In this document: piece after piece, positions 38,449 through 54,199 of the stretch
Layout: each line of letters begins with the position of its first letter
Position numbering within the stretch: position 1 is the first letter of the stretch
NCBI RefSeq assembly: GCF_009914755.1
Contig: NC_060926.1
Reading direction: 5' to 3' (one strand)
Length of the DNA: 64,000 bases
Source: the human T2T-CHM13v2.0 reference genome, Homo sapiens
Made by a program: the position numbers and the translations under genes
Notes under the pieces: model-generated
Told to the model about the DNA's origin: nothing
The model's database searches: none
The model's input: the letters and a program-made list of their open reading frames with translations, nothing else

Positions 38449-40886
38449 AGTGAGAGATATGCAACTCTTCTTTTCACTTAAGCACTTACAGGCCATTGTA
38501 GGGTTATTCATTGGCCTAATTTTAATACTGTGGTATCTCAGAGAATAGGGAGGCAGAGGAGAGGGAAAGAGACAGGGGAACTGCCAGTTGGTGGGGCAGT
38601 CAGAACACACACAATGAAGCTTAATAAGGTGAAGCACAATAAAATGAAGTATGTCTGTACTTATATTTTCCTTCTCCACAAAACATTTCCCTAAGGGGTG
38701 TGCATGTGTGAAAGATGGGTGGTGGGGAGGAAAAGAGGAGAGAGAATATTGAGTTATTGCAGGATCAACTTTGCTCCATGAACTTTGTAGGGGCTTTTAC
38801 TTACTTACCCTTGCTGCCGTTCACCAGCAAATCTCAGTTTCTAGAAGGTTGAGAATTAATACAGTTTTGAGGACTGGCCCTAGTAAGGCAAATGTTTGAG
38901 GGTGAAAGAAACTCAGAGACATTTGAGGCAATCACGTGCAACAGCTGGACTAGGTGCCTGGCAGTAGAAAGCTCACAAGGACTTAGGTGAGATGGCGTTA
39001 TGTAATAAGAGATCTGACTGTATGTAACAGGGCACCTACTAAGTAGCAGGGATACTAACAACATAACCTACCAGGAAAGAGAATGAGCAGGACCTCAGGG
39101 GAGAAAGCCCTTCAAGCAGCAGAGTGGTTCAGGGTAAATATTCCTCATCACTGGAAGGATCAGGAGACCAAAGGCCAGCTGCCAGGAATAGAAGATTAAA
39201 CTTAACAGATTAAGCCAGTACTAGAAGCAGGTAAAGGAGAGAGGGAAGGGCTACAAGAATGCTTACATTAGACCTAGCACTTCAGCCTAACTGGCAGCAA
39301 AGATTCAAAGTGGGATACTCACTGACTTTGAGACTTGAGAGGCTCACTGAATATGTATTCTCTCAAGATAGTAGAAGAGAAGGGCCTGACTGTATTCTGG
39401 CTTCTGTTAACTGGTTCTGTAGCTAAACTAAGCCTGTTAGAAGAGCTGGTCTTCAGATAAGCAACAGTAGGAGAAAGTCAGCTTGGCTGTGAGGTGTTGT
39501 CAGGTATTGTAATTTATTCATAACAAATACACTGATTTTTCATGACCAATGACTAATTAGCATCAGCCTAAAGAGGTCTGTATTGTTGAAATTATAGAGA
39601 CTTAAGGTGTCTTTCAGATGTAAGCCATGTTTTTTCTGGGTAGTGGGAACAACAATCAATCAGGAAAGTGAAAACAGCATCAGTGGGCACCATCAGAGGC
39701 TACAATTTTTTTTGTACTGATTCAAACATATCTTTTAAAAATGATTAAGTATATAAAAGTATCTAAAAAGGATAAGATAAGAAATACGAGCTCACAAAGG
39801 GGGAATAAAAGTGTAGAACAGCCGAAAGGGTCCCTCAGTTTCAGGCCGAGTGTGAGAATAGGACACTCTAAAACACTTTAAAAATCTCTAAATACCCAGA
39901 GATTTCTTTGTTTTGGATTGTATTTTTCTTTTCTTTTTTTTTTTTTTAAAGCTAAAGATGAAATGCTGTCATATTACAATTTTGTTTACTGGAAGCAAAA
40001 TTGACCAAAAGAAACTGTCCTTAAACTGAAGTTTAAAGTTGGAACCTCATGAAAAGACAGTCTTTATAAATGATCAAGTTGGCATGTCAGGGTAAAAGAC
40101 AGGAATGTAAGATTAGGCAAACCAGAATTTTCTCTGCTGTGATTGCCCTTGCTCTTGAGAGCTCGTTCTTTCTCTTTGACTATTAGCCCATGGCAGTTGA
40201 CTCAACTAGGGAGGTCAGCTTCTCAGCCGCCCAAGTCCCAGGAAGAAAAGACAGAAACACGTAACCTGAAATGACACAGCCGCTGATGCAGCTTGTTGCT
40301 CTGCTTGCTTATATTTTGAAGTATATCATGTAAGCTGAATTGCAAAGAATAGCATTCGACAGGGTGAAGGGTTGCATACACTGAAGAAAAGGCAAGATTC
40401 TTGGTGAGGCAAAAGTCTGAAGGACAAGTGCCTTTAGCATCAACTGAAAGTCTTACTGTATAATATGACCTCAACAAAATTGGACAGTGCTGCATAGTCA
40501 AGAAAGGGATAGCAAACTGAAAGAACTGATTTAGTGGTATTGCCATCTAGCTAGCTTACTTAGGAATTATTTCTGATGACTTTAATTTCAATAAGGCAGG
40601 ACTAATTCCTTTATCCACATTTCCATCTATATCTTTGTTGGATGTTTGGGGATGGAAGAGTCCAATAGTAAAAGGGAAGTAGATTCTTATGTGGCCTCAA
40701 GGAAACATTGTGTATTAGTATGGGACTGGATAACTAGTTATCTAATATCTAGTTACTTTATATATTTGAGCATAAATTTAACAATTAATGATACTGATTT
40801 AAGAGACTGATTTTGTCAATCAAATGACATTTTGGAGGTAGGTAAAAAAAAAAACTAAAAATAATCCCGCCTAGCTAATACAGTCC

Positions 40887-41180
40887 TTTTCTTGCTGTTG
40901 TTGTTGTTTTAAGACAAGTTCTTATTCTGTTGCCCAGACTGGAGTACAGTGGCGTGTTTATAGCTCACCACAGCCTTGAACTCCTGGGCTCAAACACTCC
41001 TCTTGCCTTGAGGTAGGCAGGACTACAGGTACACCACGATGCCCAGCTTTTTTTTCTTTTTTCTTTTTTTTTTTGTAGAGACAAAGTCTCACTATGTGGC
41101 TCAGACTGGTCTCACACATCTGACCTCAATCAATCTTCCCTCGTTGGTTTCCCAAAGTGTTGGGAATACAGGCTCAGCCA
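40887..41180 (-). mobile_element. AluJ (diverged)
   Basis: Antisense dimer with a (TTG)n-type tail. Confidence 0.88.
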
Positions 41181-43664
41181 ACACAGTATTTAACACAGTA
41201 TTTTGCCTACAGAAATTACTCAAGAAATACTCGTTTAAACTGTAGCTCAATTTCCTCATTTTCCAAATGAATGTAATAATTTCCTCTATATAATATAGTG
41301 CTCTGCTTTCACAAAATGAGTTTAATATATGTAAAACAATTTTGAAAAATGAAATGAAACATTTTTATTAATACGTTCCGATTGAGTTTAATATTTATCC
41401 CATGCCTGCTATGTACCAAGTGCTCTGCTCATCTGTTTACTAGAATGGTGTGGATATGGTCTCTACTTAAAAGAAAAATAATCTTTTTCTCTTTAATTTA
41501 CTTCGTCCCTATTGAAGTTTTCATTGTCCCATTGATTTAAACTATTGACACATAGATTGAAGCTTGTATACTTTGAACTTATCTTGTATTTTTCTTTGCT
41601 TCAAACTTTTGGTTCTCTGATTGGTTTTTAATCTCTGATTGTGCTGGGACCAGGTCATAATCACATGGAAGTTTCCTTCAAACTGCAGTCTCCTCTAAGA
41701 TTCTGCAATATCCCCTAGGAGTGCTACCCCAATCCTATAATTACTGCAATATGAGTGGCTGTCATTTCCAGATGTGTTTCCTTCAGGTGTGTTTGAGGGT
41801 GGTCAAAATAATAGAGATCCTCATTCCCGATAGATCCTTGTTTCATGGTTAGAATGCACTTCACCTTCATCATGTACTATGGTATCAATCATTAACTGCT
41901 ATCATAGGAAATCTATTTATTCTTTGCCAGCACCATTAGAAAGACTTCATAAACCAGGTAAAAGTGCTTTCTCTTAAGCAGAAATTTTAAATGATGTTTT
42001 GTAGCATAAAGTGACAATATATATATTTAAAAATTTTCTAACCCCCAAATTCATTAGTTTCACCAAGTGCTTCCAGCCTCCATCTTAGTCCTTTTCTTCT
42101 TTAACTTTAGACCCCAAATTAACTTCTCCAGAGCTCCCTACAACGTATCTTGTTTCTTGAGGGGGAAAAATAAACCCCCACCAAATTCCTGTAAAGGATA
42201 CTTAATAAATAGTCATTACATTCCTTCAATAACTTTACCATTAAGCTTCTGTTGAGTTTGTGGCTAACATTTCAAAAATAATCTCAACTTTTTCTTCTTA
42301 TTGCTGCTGAGTTGGGTGTGTCTTTCATTGTGGCTAGATGAGGGACATAAAATTAGTGGTAAAGCCACAAATAACCAGAGAAATTTGATAATATGAAATA
42401 GGAATACAATCATATTTTCTTTGTTTATGAATAAAATTTAGGAATCTCTATTTAAATAATCTCGACTTATGAAGAGCAAAAATGTTTGCCTTTTGCACTA
42501 TGAAAATTTTACTTTAAAGGTTATTCTGTTAAAGTTTTCTGTTTTAAAGTTTAGCTATACAGTTTTTGTTTTAAGAGTTTATAATTCTTGTTCTTGGGGG
42601 GAAAAGAGTTAGTATTACAAAATTCGTTTATATTAAACATGTCCTTTTTGCATGTGACCAAAATCATTGGTTCCTAGGTATGTTTTGCACCTGTTCATGT
42701 CCTGTGATTTTAGTTCTCCATTCCTCATCTTTGAATTGCCACTGATTTCAAATCCCTGTCTCCAAAACAATATAATGACCATTCTCTGTTAGTCTATCTT
42801 CAAAACATTCCCACTTGGTCCTATATTTTATCAGCCTTCACATTTCCCTGAAAATATCCCCTAAATGAACCACAGAGGATTCTGTGCTAAATGCCCAGGA
42901 CCACAATTTGGGAATCATTACTCTATGTGACTGATTTCTCCCGAAACAAACACTTTGATCATTTAAAAATGATGGCTCTTGCTGAGAGTACTAATGAGCA
43001 AATTCGTGCTTTGTGGTTTATACACAATGGAGGATTAAAAATGGGTTCAGAATTGGACTCCCTCTTTAGTCTTCCAAGGGGAACATTAGTGAGAGAGTTA
43101 TTTTTAAAAAATTAATCCTATTTTGGCAGCTTCCCTTGATTTGAATATGAAATGGTGTTAAGTAGGTGACCAGTGAAATGACTTTCTCTTTTCTTTGTAG
43201 ATGTCTGTAAACAGTGGAAATATGAAAATGTTTCTGTGGACTTTCTAGATCCAAGGATCTAGTGGCCCCTCACCCGCTAATAACAGCCAAGAGATTATTT
43301 TGCAGCTCCTTTCACTTAGTGTCTAGAAAGATAAACATAGAGTTAGATAATAGCATGAATTTTTTTTTCTGATATGGTGCGAAAGCAAATGTAAGCATTT
43401 CACTAGTTGACTATTTTTTGGGGAAGACTCATTTGTCTGTGTAAAATGCCTTCAAAGACCAAGAGGAAGCCAAGGCCACAGGGAATTAGAGAAGGGCTAG
43501 AGTCCCCACATTCCTTTGCCTTCTCCTTTAACCCCGACTATGTTTACAGCCCTTAGAAAGTGCATTAGGGAGTGAGTCTTCAATCTGAAGCCTTAAGAGC
43601 AGAAGGGTATGGCCTCTACTTTAAAAAGGTATTGTTTGGATAAAGAATGCAGGGGTTCCTTCGA

Positions 43665-43875
43665 TGATAATACTAGCTAACATCATTGAGCACTTATTTC
43701 ACACTGCCCTTGAAGTCACTTCAGAAGTATTAATCCATTTGATCACTCCACAACTCTAGGAAATAGGAGCTATTATTGCCTCCATCTTGTAGATGAGGAG
43801 ACTGAGACACAGAGACGTTAAACGAATTGCCCTAAGCCACAAAGATGAGAGGTGCATGCAGTCTTTGAATCTACT
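43665..43875 (-). mobile_element. MIR
   Basis: Core ccatcttgtagatgaggagactgagacacagaga. Confidence 0.8.
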
Positions 43876-44732
43876 AGTTGCTACCATTGTAATTTTGCGA
43901 AAATTATTCTCTGCTGAATCATACTTATAATTCTTTTTGTATTCCACTTATATTGAAGGATCTGATAAGGAAGTGGGACTTTTCATGATGTAAATTGATG
44001 GGTGAGAGCTCTCATTTATCCAATTAGGTGGGAGAATAGCCTGGTCCCTTTCTCTTTCTTTCAACCTTTTGAAGAAAAAGTTTCTTTTTAAAATGATACA
44101 TTACATTGTAATCAATATTTATGTTTATTAAAGTTATACATGAAGTTAAGACTTTAGTCTAGAAAACTTTTGATTCAACATAGCATTTCTCTGACTTCTC
44201 TACCTGTCTATTCATCAGTTCCCCTTCCTAGAGGCAACTGCCTTCAACAGCTTTGTTTTTTTGTTGTTTCTTTTTTGTATTAACCTTCTTTTCTTTTTAA
44301 ATATTACGCATATACTGTTTTCCCTGATTTATCTGTTCTAGGCATTATGCACTTTCCGTTACTATAGTTTAATATCTCATTTACACCTCACAGCTTCTTC
44401 CCTTCCCTCTATTGTTTCATCATAGTTTTTCACAATTTTTAGTTCAATTACTAATTGACATTATTATTTTCTAAATTTTTCCAACTATGTCAATAATTAT
44501 ATAAACATAAATTTCTTTGTATTCAATTTTCTTGGATGGAGTAAATGATTGCCTAAATTTTAATTTTACTTATATTTTATCATAACTATAGCTATTTTTC
44601 CAAAAATATCAACAAAATTGCCAAATATCTATCTTTTGGCCAAACACTGAATTATTAAATAATGTAGTGCCTCCTTTTAAAAAATTTCCTCCCATTGTTC
44701 TCCATCTGCTTGCTTAACACATCTTGAACTAA

Positions 44733-45115
<383 letters not shown>

Positions 45116-45691
45116 CCTGTGCCTTATTTCTAACGATTTTTTTTTTTCCCTTGGTCAAATCCTTCATTTTGCCTAAACACTTCCCCTAGTTGCTTCCAAA
45201 CAAGAATATAGTGGAAATAAACACATTTAGTCCTTCCATATCAGGAAATGTCTTTACTTAATGCTATCATTTGATTGATAATTTAACAGATTATTTAATT
45301 ATAGGTGGACAATATTTTCTCCTCAAATTTTGAAAGCATTCTTCTAGCCTCCAGTCAGTTTTAGAAGAGTCCAGTACGATTCTGATTACCAACTTTTTGT
45401 TGTAAGTGATTGTTCCCCCTTCCTCTCTCTTCCACATACACTATTTTTGGAAGATTTTACAATCTTTTCTTAGCCCCAGTGTTCTGTAACTATATGGTCC
45501 TTCTTGTTCATTTATTGTACAGGGCACTTGGTAAGCTCTTTCAGTCAGAGGCTCATATCGTAAAATTTGGAGACATTCTCTTGTACTTCATGTTAAATTC
45601 TTTTTCCAGCTATTAAAAAAAATTGTTCTTTTGGATTTTTCTATTAGGTAGATGTTGAACTTCCTACTTTATTCTCTGATCTTTTCTTTCT

Positions 45692-45954
45692 TTCTTTTTT
45701 TTTTTTTTGGGAGACAGTCTCATTCCTCATTGCAACCTCCCCTCTCAGGTTCAAGCGACTCTCATGCCTCAGCCTCCCAAATAGCTGGGATTACAGGCAT
45801 GGGCCACCACACCTGGCTAATTTTTGTATTTTTAGTTAGGATGGGGTTTCACCATGTTGGCCAGGCTGGTATCGAACTCCTGACCTCAAGTGATCCACCC
45901 ACCTCAGCCTCCCAAAGTGCTGGGATTACAGGCGTGAGCCACCGCACCCGGACT
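45692..45954 (-). mobile_element. AluS with ~40-nt internal deletion, TSD tgatcttttctttct
   Basis: TSD copies at 45677-45691 and 45955-45969. Confidence 0.92.
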
Positions 45955-46870
45955 TGATCTTTTCTTTCTACTCGTGTGTTCGCTTTTCCTGATATTTTTG
46001 GGTTAGCTATTTTTTCCTCCAGAAATTTACTTGATTTAAAAAATATATTTATATTTTTACTTTCCTAATGCCACTCTCATTTATTATTTCTGTTTTTATG
46101 AATCTTATATATTTTCTTATTTTAATTACAGTGCTAATAGTTTTTGTTCGCTTGTTTCCATCTGTTTCTTGTATTATTTCTGCTTACTTTGGGTTTCTTT
46201 CTGTTTGCTTATTTTGATATTCTTATTTCATTTCACAATTTTTTCTAAAGATTGTAAGCTTCATGAGAACAGAGGGTGTTTTATTTAGCACTTGAAACAG
46301 TATATTGCACATATTATTCAATGTTATTATTCATACAATAAATATTTCCTTAATTATTAGTTGTAAGTTAGTAAGTAGTTAATTTATAGTAACTCATATC
46401 TGCCTATTCACATTTTTAAAAGAGGCATTTAAAATGCTGATTAAAATTTCCTTGTGTTTGGAGCAGGGGCACTGGACTTCTTGACTGACAGTCTTCTCTA
46501 AATCAATCACATTATGAAGCTGACTTTTCATTGCGGATATCCAAATTTTAGTGTCTGCAGGACCTGGGAGCCATTCACTTCTGCTAGAGAAGACTCCTCC
46601 AATTTTCTGGATGAAGGGATATATTTTTGCCTCTGACATATCTGGGAGGTTGACTGAGGATGGGGACTAAAAGTCTTGTTGCTAATGAGGTAGATTTTAA
46701 TCCCCTAGTTTGCAGTCTCACACTCACCTCTTCCCTCTGCAATGCCAAGTGACCTTGAGTCTAGACTCTAGAAGCTTCCTTGTTTAATTTTGTCTCATGA
46801 AGGTCTGGGAGCCGTCAGCTGACTATTTGCAATGGGTGAGTAAGCCTGGGAGTCTAGCCTTTCTGAATGA

Positions 46871-47260
<390 letters not shown>

Positions 47261-50200
47261 CACCTATCTATATTATTATTTCTTCTCCAAGAAACATTTC
47301 CAATCAAAAGGTCAGGTTTTTTTCTTTAGAAAAGGAACATAAACCCCAAGTATTATATATGCTACGCAGGTCGAGGAACTAGTATCCAAAGTATGATCAG
47401 TTATTTCAATTAAAGACTCATTGTCGGGGGTCATTTTGAAAATTCTATCTTATTTCAGTAAGAGTAGATGTCAAAGCTCCTAAGAGAAATTATGGAAGTC
47501 CACCTGGAAAAGGCTTGCAACTGACTTGGTTCGTATTTTAAAAAGAATGATGTATATGTTTCTAACAAGGTATCTTAGGGTAAAGCTATTGAAGTTTGTG
47601 GTGAATTCAAATAAATAATAGGTCACATGTATAAAGAGGTACAATATAAAGGTTGAAAGGCCAATTCCAATATAGTGTTATACACTATGCTAAGTATTGC
47701 AGATTTAAAGATGAATAAAACATGCCCCTTGCCCTCAAGAGTCCCTTGATAGGACATCTGCTTTTCTTCATTTTCAAGAAATTAGTTGTATGTGATTCTT
47801 ACTGTTATAATCTTGGGATGTGACAAGTTGTGAGAGAAATGATTTATCAGGGAACTTTGATAGCTAAATCATACCACAGCAATCAGATTAATGAGTTTTG
47901 GATCAATCTAGTCATTCTTTTTTCTATTTTCACCAGAAACTCCTAACTCCCAATTTAGCTTCAAATAATATTTTTTCAACTATACCGATTTACCTCTTCT
48001 TTGACTAGTTCTCTTTTAGAATACATCTAAGTAAGTGGTACTAACCTGGAGGTAAATGAAGGACCCATCTTTTATAAAAATGTGCTGCCTTGAAGAATTT
48101 TTTTGACAGAAAAAAATGGCAGACTTTCTCTTATAAACCGTATGTTCTTACATTTCTGATATCTGGAATCAACAGCTTGCCAGAAACATTTCCAATCAAA
48201 AGCCAGACTAACCCATAAAGGTGTCCAAAGAAGTCTGTTCTGATTACTGAAGATGTTGAACTAGTCTTGACTTCAAACAGTAGATATTTCTACACTTTAG
48301 TGGTATATGACAGCTCTATTCATTCCACAATGTCAAATTCTTTGGTTTTGGCCATTGGGTATTTATGCACTTCTGGCTAGGGAAGCAGAGAAGCCTAATT
48401 TGATTCTGGAGCCAAAAGTTTTTAGGCCCTGTTCCTTTGGAACTTGGACTGGAGAATGTTGGCACTGTATAAAGACTAGGACAGATCAAGTAGTCACACA
48501 TAACTAACTGACTCAACAGAGCATATTCAGAGAGAAAGATCATGCCTACACATGGATAACCATTCTCCAAGGCAGACTAACAACACCCTGAATTCAATCA
48601 CCCCTAAATAAACACACAAGGAAAGCACAGCTTTAACATACCTTCCGGCACAGCTCTCCAATGCTGCCTGATTGGTTTTAGTGCCATAGGCCAGGCTGCA
48701 GATGCAGCCATTACTGTTGTTCTTACTTATGTCTGTCTGCTGTCTGCTAACAAGCATTCATATGCTTTGGATCATTAAAGTCACAACCTCCTATGCCAAT
48801 CTATTCCTCTCCACGGGTTTGCTGTAGATTTGAAAGAGAGATGCTATTTCTGTTTCTTTTTCTTTCCATTAAGACCTCCAGTCAGGGTTATTTCTGAGGT
48901 CTGAATATCCTAGCTTGTACCCTTGCCCTCATTGAACATATAAATTGTGTTCCATTAAGTTTGTTCTTTTTGCCTGATTTATTTCCCTTGCTGTTGTATG
49001 TGCCTTTTTAATGCAAGGCAAATGATTTGTGCTGGAACTGCAACAGACAAAAGTGCTGTAACTTAAGCTGCTTCCTGATGCCACTGCTATCTATGAGAGG
49101 TCTGCTGTACTTACACCCATGGTAAATATCTTCTGACAGACTCCAGGTGGTCAGGATTTTCACAATCCAACCCATTTCAGTGTTAGCACTTGTCATGTGG
49201 GGCTCTGTGAATTCTTCCCTTTCATCTTACTGTTGGTGGCAGGTTGGATACATTTGGACATACCTGTACAAGGCCACATGTGTCCACAGTTATAATCGAA
49301 GGTGGAGAAACACAAGTTTCTCTTTCAGGGAAGCACAGAGGACAGATATTGTACAAAGAAAAAAAGAAAAAAAATTGTCACTTGTAGTATTATGCAGGCT
49401 GCCCATCTAAACCCATCATTGCCTGGCACCTACACACTAAGGGCAAGAATCCAGCCAACTTGTGAGTGGGCACCATGCCATTTGAGCAGATGGGCATGGA
49501 AGTCGGCAGCCAGTAGACCATGTATGTGCATCAACGGTGGGTGTTGAGGGCACGATTCCCAGAGGAGAATGTCCTAACAGCTGTCTGGCCTGAGCCAACA
49601 TACTTACGACCAAGGAAAAGTGCCATCCTTCAATCCTGCTGAGTTGGATTAACCTTCAGAACTAAATCTGCTTTTTCGGCAGCAGAAGGTGAGTTTAGGG
49701 TCTCTGAAAATCTCAAAGAATAAGTGAAGAAAGGAAACTGGGAGGATACAATTATTCTCTATTGACTAAAGATACTGAGGACATTCAATATGCTTATTTT
49801 AAATCTTTGACTGAGAACCTGTTAATTCTTGAAAGAATGTTATAATTGTTCAAAGCTTGGCTTCCCACAAAGCTGTTAAAAGTGACCTTTAAACATAGGC
49901 AGACCATTTTCAGTGAGTTAACACTTTTCCACCTTTGCATTAAGAAATAGTGATATATGAAGAAAGGTGTCAGTAGACTACTGACAGCTGACTGTGGGTA
50001 GATATCTTTGTCAAACTTGACATATCATGGATTAAATTAGATCTATCATGGATCAGAGCTTTCACAAAAGAGAATTTCTTCTTCAGTGATGGAACATACA
50101 CTTGAAGAAGTAAGAAGTAAACTTCCTATTTCAACGAAAGCCTTTCTGGGCAATGAAAGAAACATTTTTATTTGAGACTGAAAATAAAGCCTGATTCTAA

Positions 50201-53200
50201 TTTGTTAAGAATTTCCAGACAGTTAAACATCATTAAATTAGATAGAAATTGTTTCTGCCAAACATAGCCAAATGGTGATTTGACAATGATTTGTTTTACT
50301 TGGTTAGGAATAGGTAGATAATTTTAACATTCAGATCCTTAATTATTTTCTATGTTGCTTTCTTATGAGGTATTTGTGTGGTAGTTCTTGCTATTGTTTT
50401 CTGTTGTCTTAAATCTTTTTATTTTAAATATAACATATGACTTTAGTTGTGGATAAAATATCAGTTTGGTTCAAGATTATCCACCTACGTTTTCTTAATC
50501 TACTCCCTAAACTATTTCATTTTGTTTATATCAAGAGAGTAAGTGCTTATATTATTGGGAGTGAAAGAGATTAATAAGTTATTTTATCTGCTAATGGTAG
50601 GAACTATAGCTTTGGCTTTGATGAATTATATAATGTCTTAGATCTAATACCATTAGTAACATTATGAGTAGAATAAAATGTTTATATGTCTATTTTGGCC
50701 CTGAGTTTCTCATTATATCAATTTAGAAATTCATGGCTAAAAAATACGTGATTCTACAGAGAAAAACCAAGAAAATTATATTACTTAGGCATCTCTGAGT
50801 TTCTTGGCTCTGGTGGTTCTTATCTTAAAAGCCGATTTGAAGGCTAAAAATTGTGGTATGTCCAGGTTCCATGTGAATGACCCCTCTCTGTCTGAGAAAA
50901 CTGTTAGAGAGAAACGATCTAGCGAAAATATACAAAAAACATAGGGGAAAGCTAAAGGGAATGGTATTCAGCAATAAGCAAGAAAATGTGTGTATTATCT
51001 ATAACTAATTTTTATTTAAATAGTAAGGTCATGACGCAGTTTGATTTTCTTTGTGGAACACATGTGTTTGGGACTAAATAAAGCAGAGAAAGAATATTAA
51101 GGAGTTAGAATCATTTTAGCAAACGCTTCCCTTTGGCTATCTGGGATATAGGAAAATGTGGTTGAAGCTGAGTTAAAGTCAGCTAGACTTGTGCCAGGAG
51201 CGAGAGGCTGGTGGGCACTGCAGGTGATGCAGATGTTTATAAAAAAAAATCCACACTTTTTTAAAAATCTGATAAACTTTTATTTGTCCTCAAGAAGGTT
51301 TTTGAATCATTTCCTTTCATTTTGTGCCAGGGATAAAAAAGAAAATAAGAGTGTCAGATTTCTGACTGACAATAATAAACAATCAAAAGAGGCTTAGGGA
51401 AGAGCCCCCCTCCCAAAAAAAAAAGAGAGAATATTTGCTTCTGAATGTCCACTATGGCAATTGAATGATATTGTGGGCAGATGGAGGAAAGTGGAATTGT
51501 GAAACAATTTACTTATCATACACTAATAAGGAACAAAACAGAAAAATTGCATCTTTCTTTCGTTTATGACATTGGCTCCCACTAGGATTATGAAAAGATG
51601 CATTTAGGTAGTGTTAGAATAATTGTGGGACATGGATAAATTTTACATGTGTCCACAAATAGTTAAAATTAGAAGATTAACTGTAAAGAAAAAAAAAGCT
51701 TCACTAACTTTCCTTAATTCCTGATTGTAATAGCTTTAAGAAATAGAATTTGGCAAAACAAATGAAGATTTGAATGTAAGAATTGGGATACACCAAAAAA
51801 ACTTTTAAGAGACTGTAGAGATAAAAACTAAACTTAACCACAGATTTATTGCTGCTTTTCATCCAAGTATCCAGGGACGTTGCTAATGGGAGGTACGCCT
51901 CAGAAACGTACATGTCTGTGAAAATGTTGGAACAAACTAATGCTTTTCTTCAAGTGATTTTATTTCAATTCTAAGCCACAAGATATAAACTTTCATCAAA
52001 AATGGGAATCTATTTAAAAGCAGAGCTATGAGGAATGTTTCATGTTTATGTATAACTTTCATAGTAGACCCTCCTACACACGGAAAATAATATGCCCAAA
52101 TTCTGTTATTTTTACAGTATGTAATATATCACATACTAATCCCACCCATCAGTTTCATATCCTTTAAATAGATAAAAATGAAAAAGGGATGGAAGAAAAA
52201 ATGAAGACACTTTGAAAAACTGACTTTTTAATTCCTCTTTTTGGAGAAAAAGATATCTGAAAAACTTAATTATGATCCATATCCTAATAAGAACAAAGAG
52301 GAATTTGAAGGAAAATACGCATTATATATTCAGAATACTATCTTTTTTCATTTCGCTTTGCACAATTAGAAAGCTAAGTACCTGGGGAGGGGAAGAACAG
52401 AAGTAGAAAGGGAGAGAGTGGTGGGTGGTGATAAATAAGGAAAAACACAGATTTTCAGTAATACTAGGTTCAAAATAATCCAAGTCAGAAGAATTTTATA
52501 TTTCAAGTTTTTTCAATGGTAGTTACAAATCATTCCTATTTGCAGGACGTGATAATTCAATAGGAAATAGTGCCATTGAAAACAAGATTGCCCACACGCA
52601 GTAAAAAGATAAGGTTGGACTCTTTTTTTCTCCCCAAAAGAAGGGTTACCATCAGTTCAAATATTTATCAGGAAAACTCAGTTGCTTAATATGCAGAATA
52701 TTGTAATAAAAATAATTTAAGACATAATTATGCCACCTTGAATGAAACTCTTAATAAACAGATCAGAGAAACAGAATTGTCAGGGCCCCTTTTCTTTTTC
52801 TAAAATATTGCAAGTAAATTAAGAGTAGGAATTCACAAAATTTTTCAAGTGGGAATTTTAGCATGATATTGAAACCAACATTCCATCATTTATAAATATA
52901 AGAACTAGCAAAATAAATGAGGCTGTGAACATTTAATTATGCAATAGACATATATACATGTTCTATTCTGTTTAGAGGGGGGACCTATATACTATATAAA
53001 AACATTTGGAAACAAAATAAAAGAGACATGCATAAACATAATACATTAAAGCTTCTCAGAAGCTTTACAGAAATGCTTCTGTTTTTAAGAGAAAATAATT
53101 TATTGAAATAAAGTTGTATCAAGCTACTGCTAATATTATTCTTCTATTCAAGTTTTCAAAATTCAATAATTAATGAACAATTCTAGCAAAAGCAAAAAGG

Positions 53201-54162
53201 ATTGAAGATCAAATGTTGGAACCCTCCTTTGTCAGCATTCTGAAACTTAATCTAAGCAACTTGAAGAATAAAATGTAGGGTTTTTATATCAGATACATTT
53301 TAAAAGTTCTGAGATTGTTGAGGAAGAATTTAAACTACTGTTTAAAATGAAATTCTCTCTGCAATACTGGTAGTAGAGATTTTATAACACAAACAAACAA
53401 GTATATTTTGATCACTTACTATTAGAAATTACTGACATATGGATGTACTAAATGTGAAATGTTTTCTGGGTATAAATAAATGGTTCATAAGGACATCTAA
53501 TGTTTTAAGCTGGAATATTTGTCAAGAGCATGTCCCATAATAATTTGTAAAATTGTCAGATAATAATAATAAGCTATTAATCGATATCTATATAAGTACT
53601 ATAACATTTTCTGTTATTTATACTATGGCTTAGGAGAGACTTTTTTCCCTTCAAACTTACTTGATAAGATTTTGGTTGACCCAAGTTTTCTTTATAATTA
53701 TTATTTCAATTAAGTATATTATGTAAAAACAACCTGAAATATTCTAATTTTTGCTGATATCCATGCAAAACAATTAAGCCATTTTGGATCCAGAATTTCC
53801 TAAGTCATAAGTCTCAGTCAACATAATCTGATTTGGAGTGATCACATATTTCTTTGTCTAATGCTTTACTGAGAACAACATTAAAGCAAAAGACAGGTGA
53901 TGAAAGCTCTCTTTTTTCAACATCTTCATAACCTGGTTGAAAATGATAGATTGGCTAGTTTATTGATTTAGGAATGATCAGCAATATTACTTCCCCTAAA
54001 GGAGTATTAAGATGATTCACAACAAATTTGAACCTGATTTCTAGCATCCTGTATAAATGTGTACAAATTCATAAGTCTGACTCTAAATTCTACCTTAGAA
54101 ATATCTTTTTATGCACGTGGAGGCTCTCAACTTTGTAGTTCCCCAAGAATGTAGTGACTGCC

Positions 54163-54190
54163 TACACACACACACACACACACACATACA
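54163..54190. repeat. (CA)n microsatellite
   Basis: Seen directly. Confidence 0.9.
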
Positions 54191-54199
54191 CTTATATTG

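Noticed and set aside
43245-43262. Hairpin ctagatcc-aa-ggatctag (also the 14-bp palindrome near 40729)
   Set aside because: Arms of 7-8 bp are expected by chance in 64 kb.
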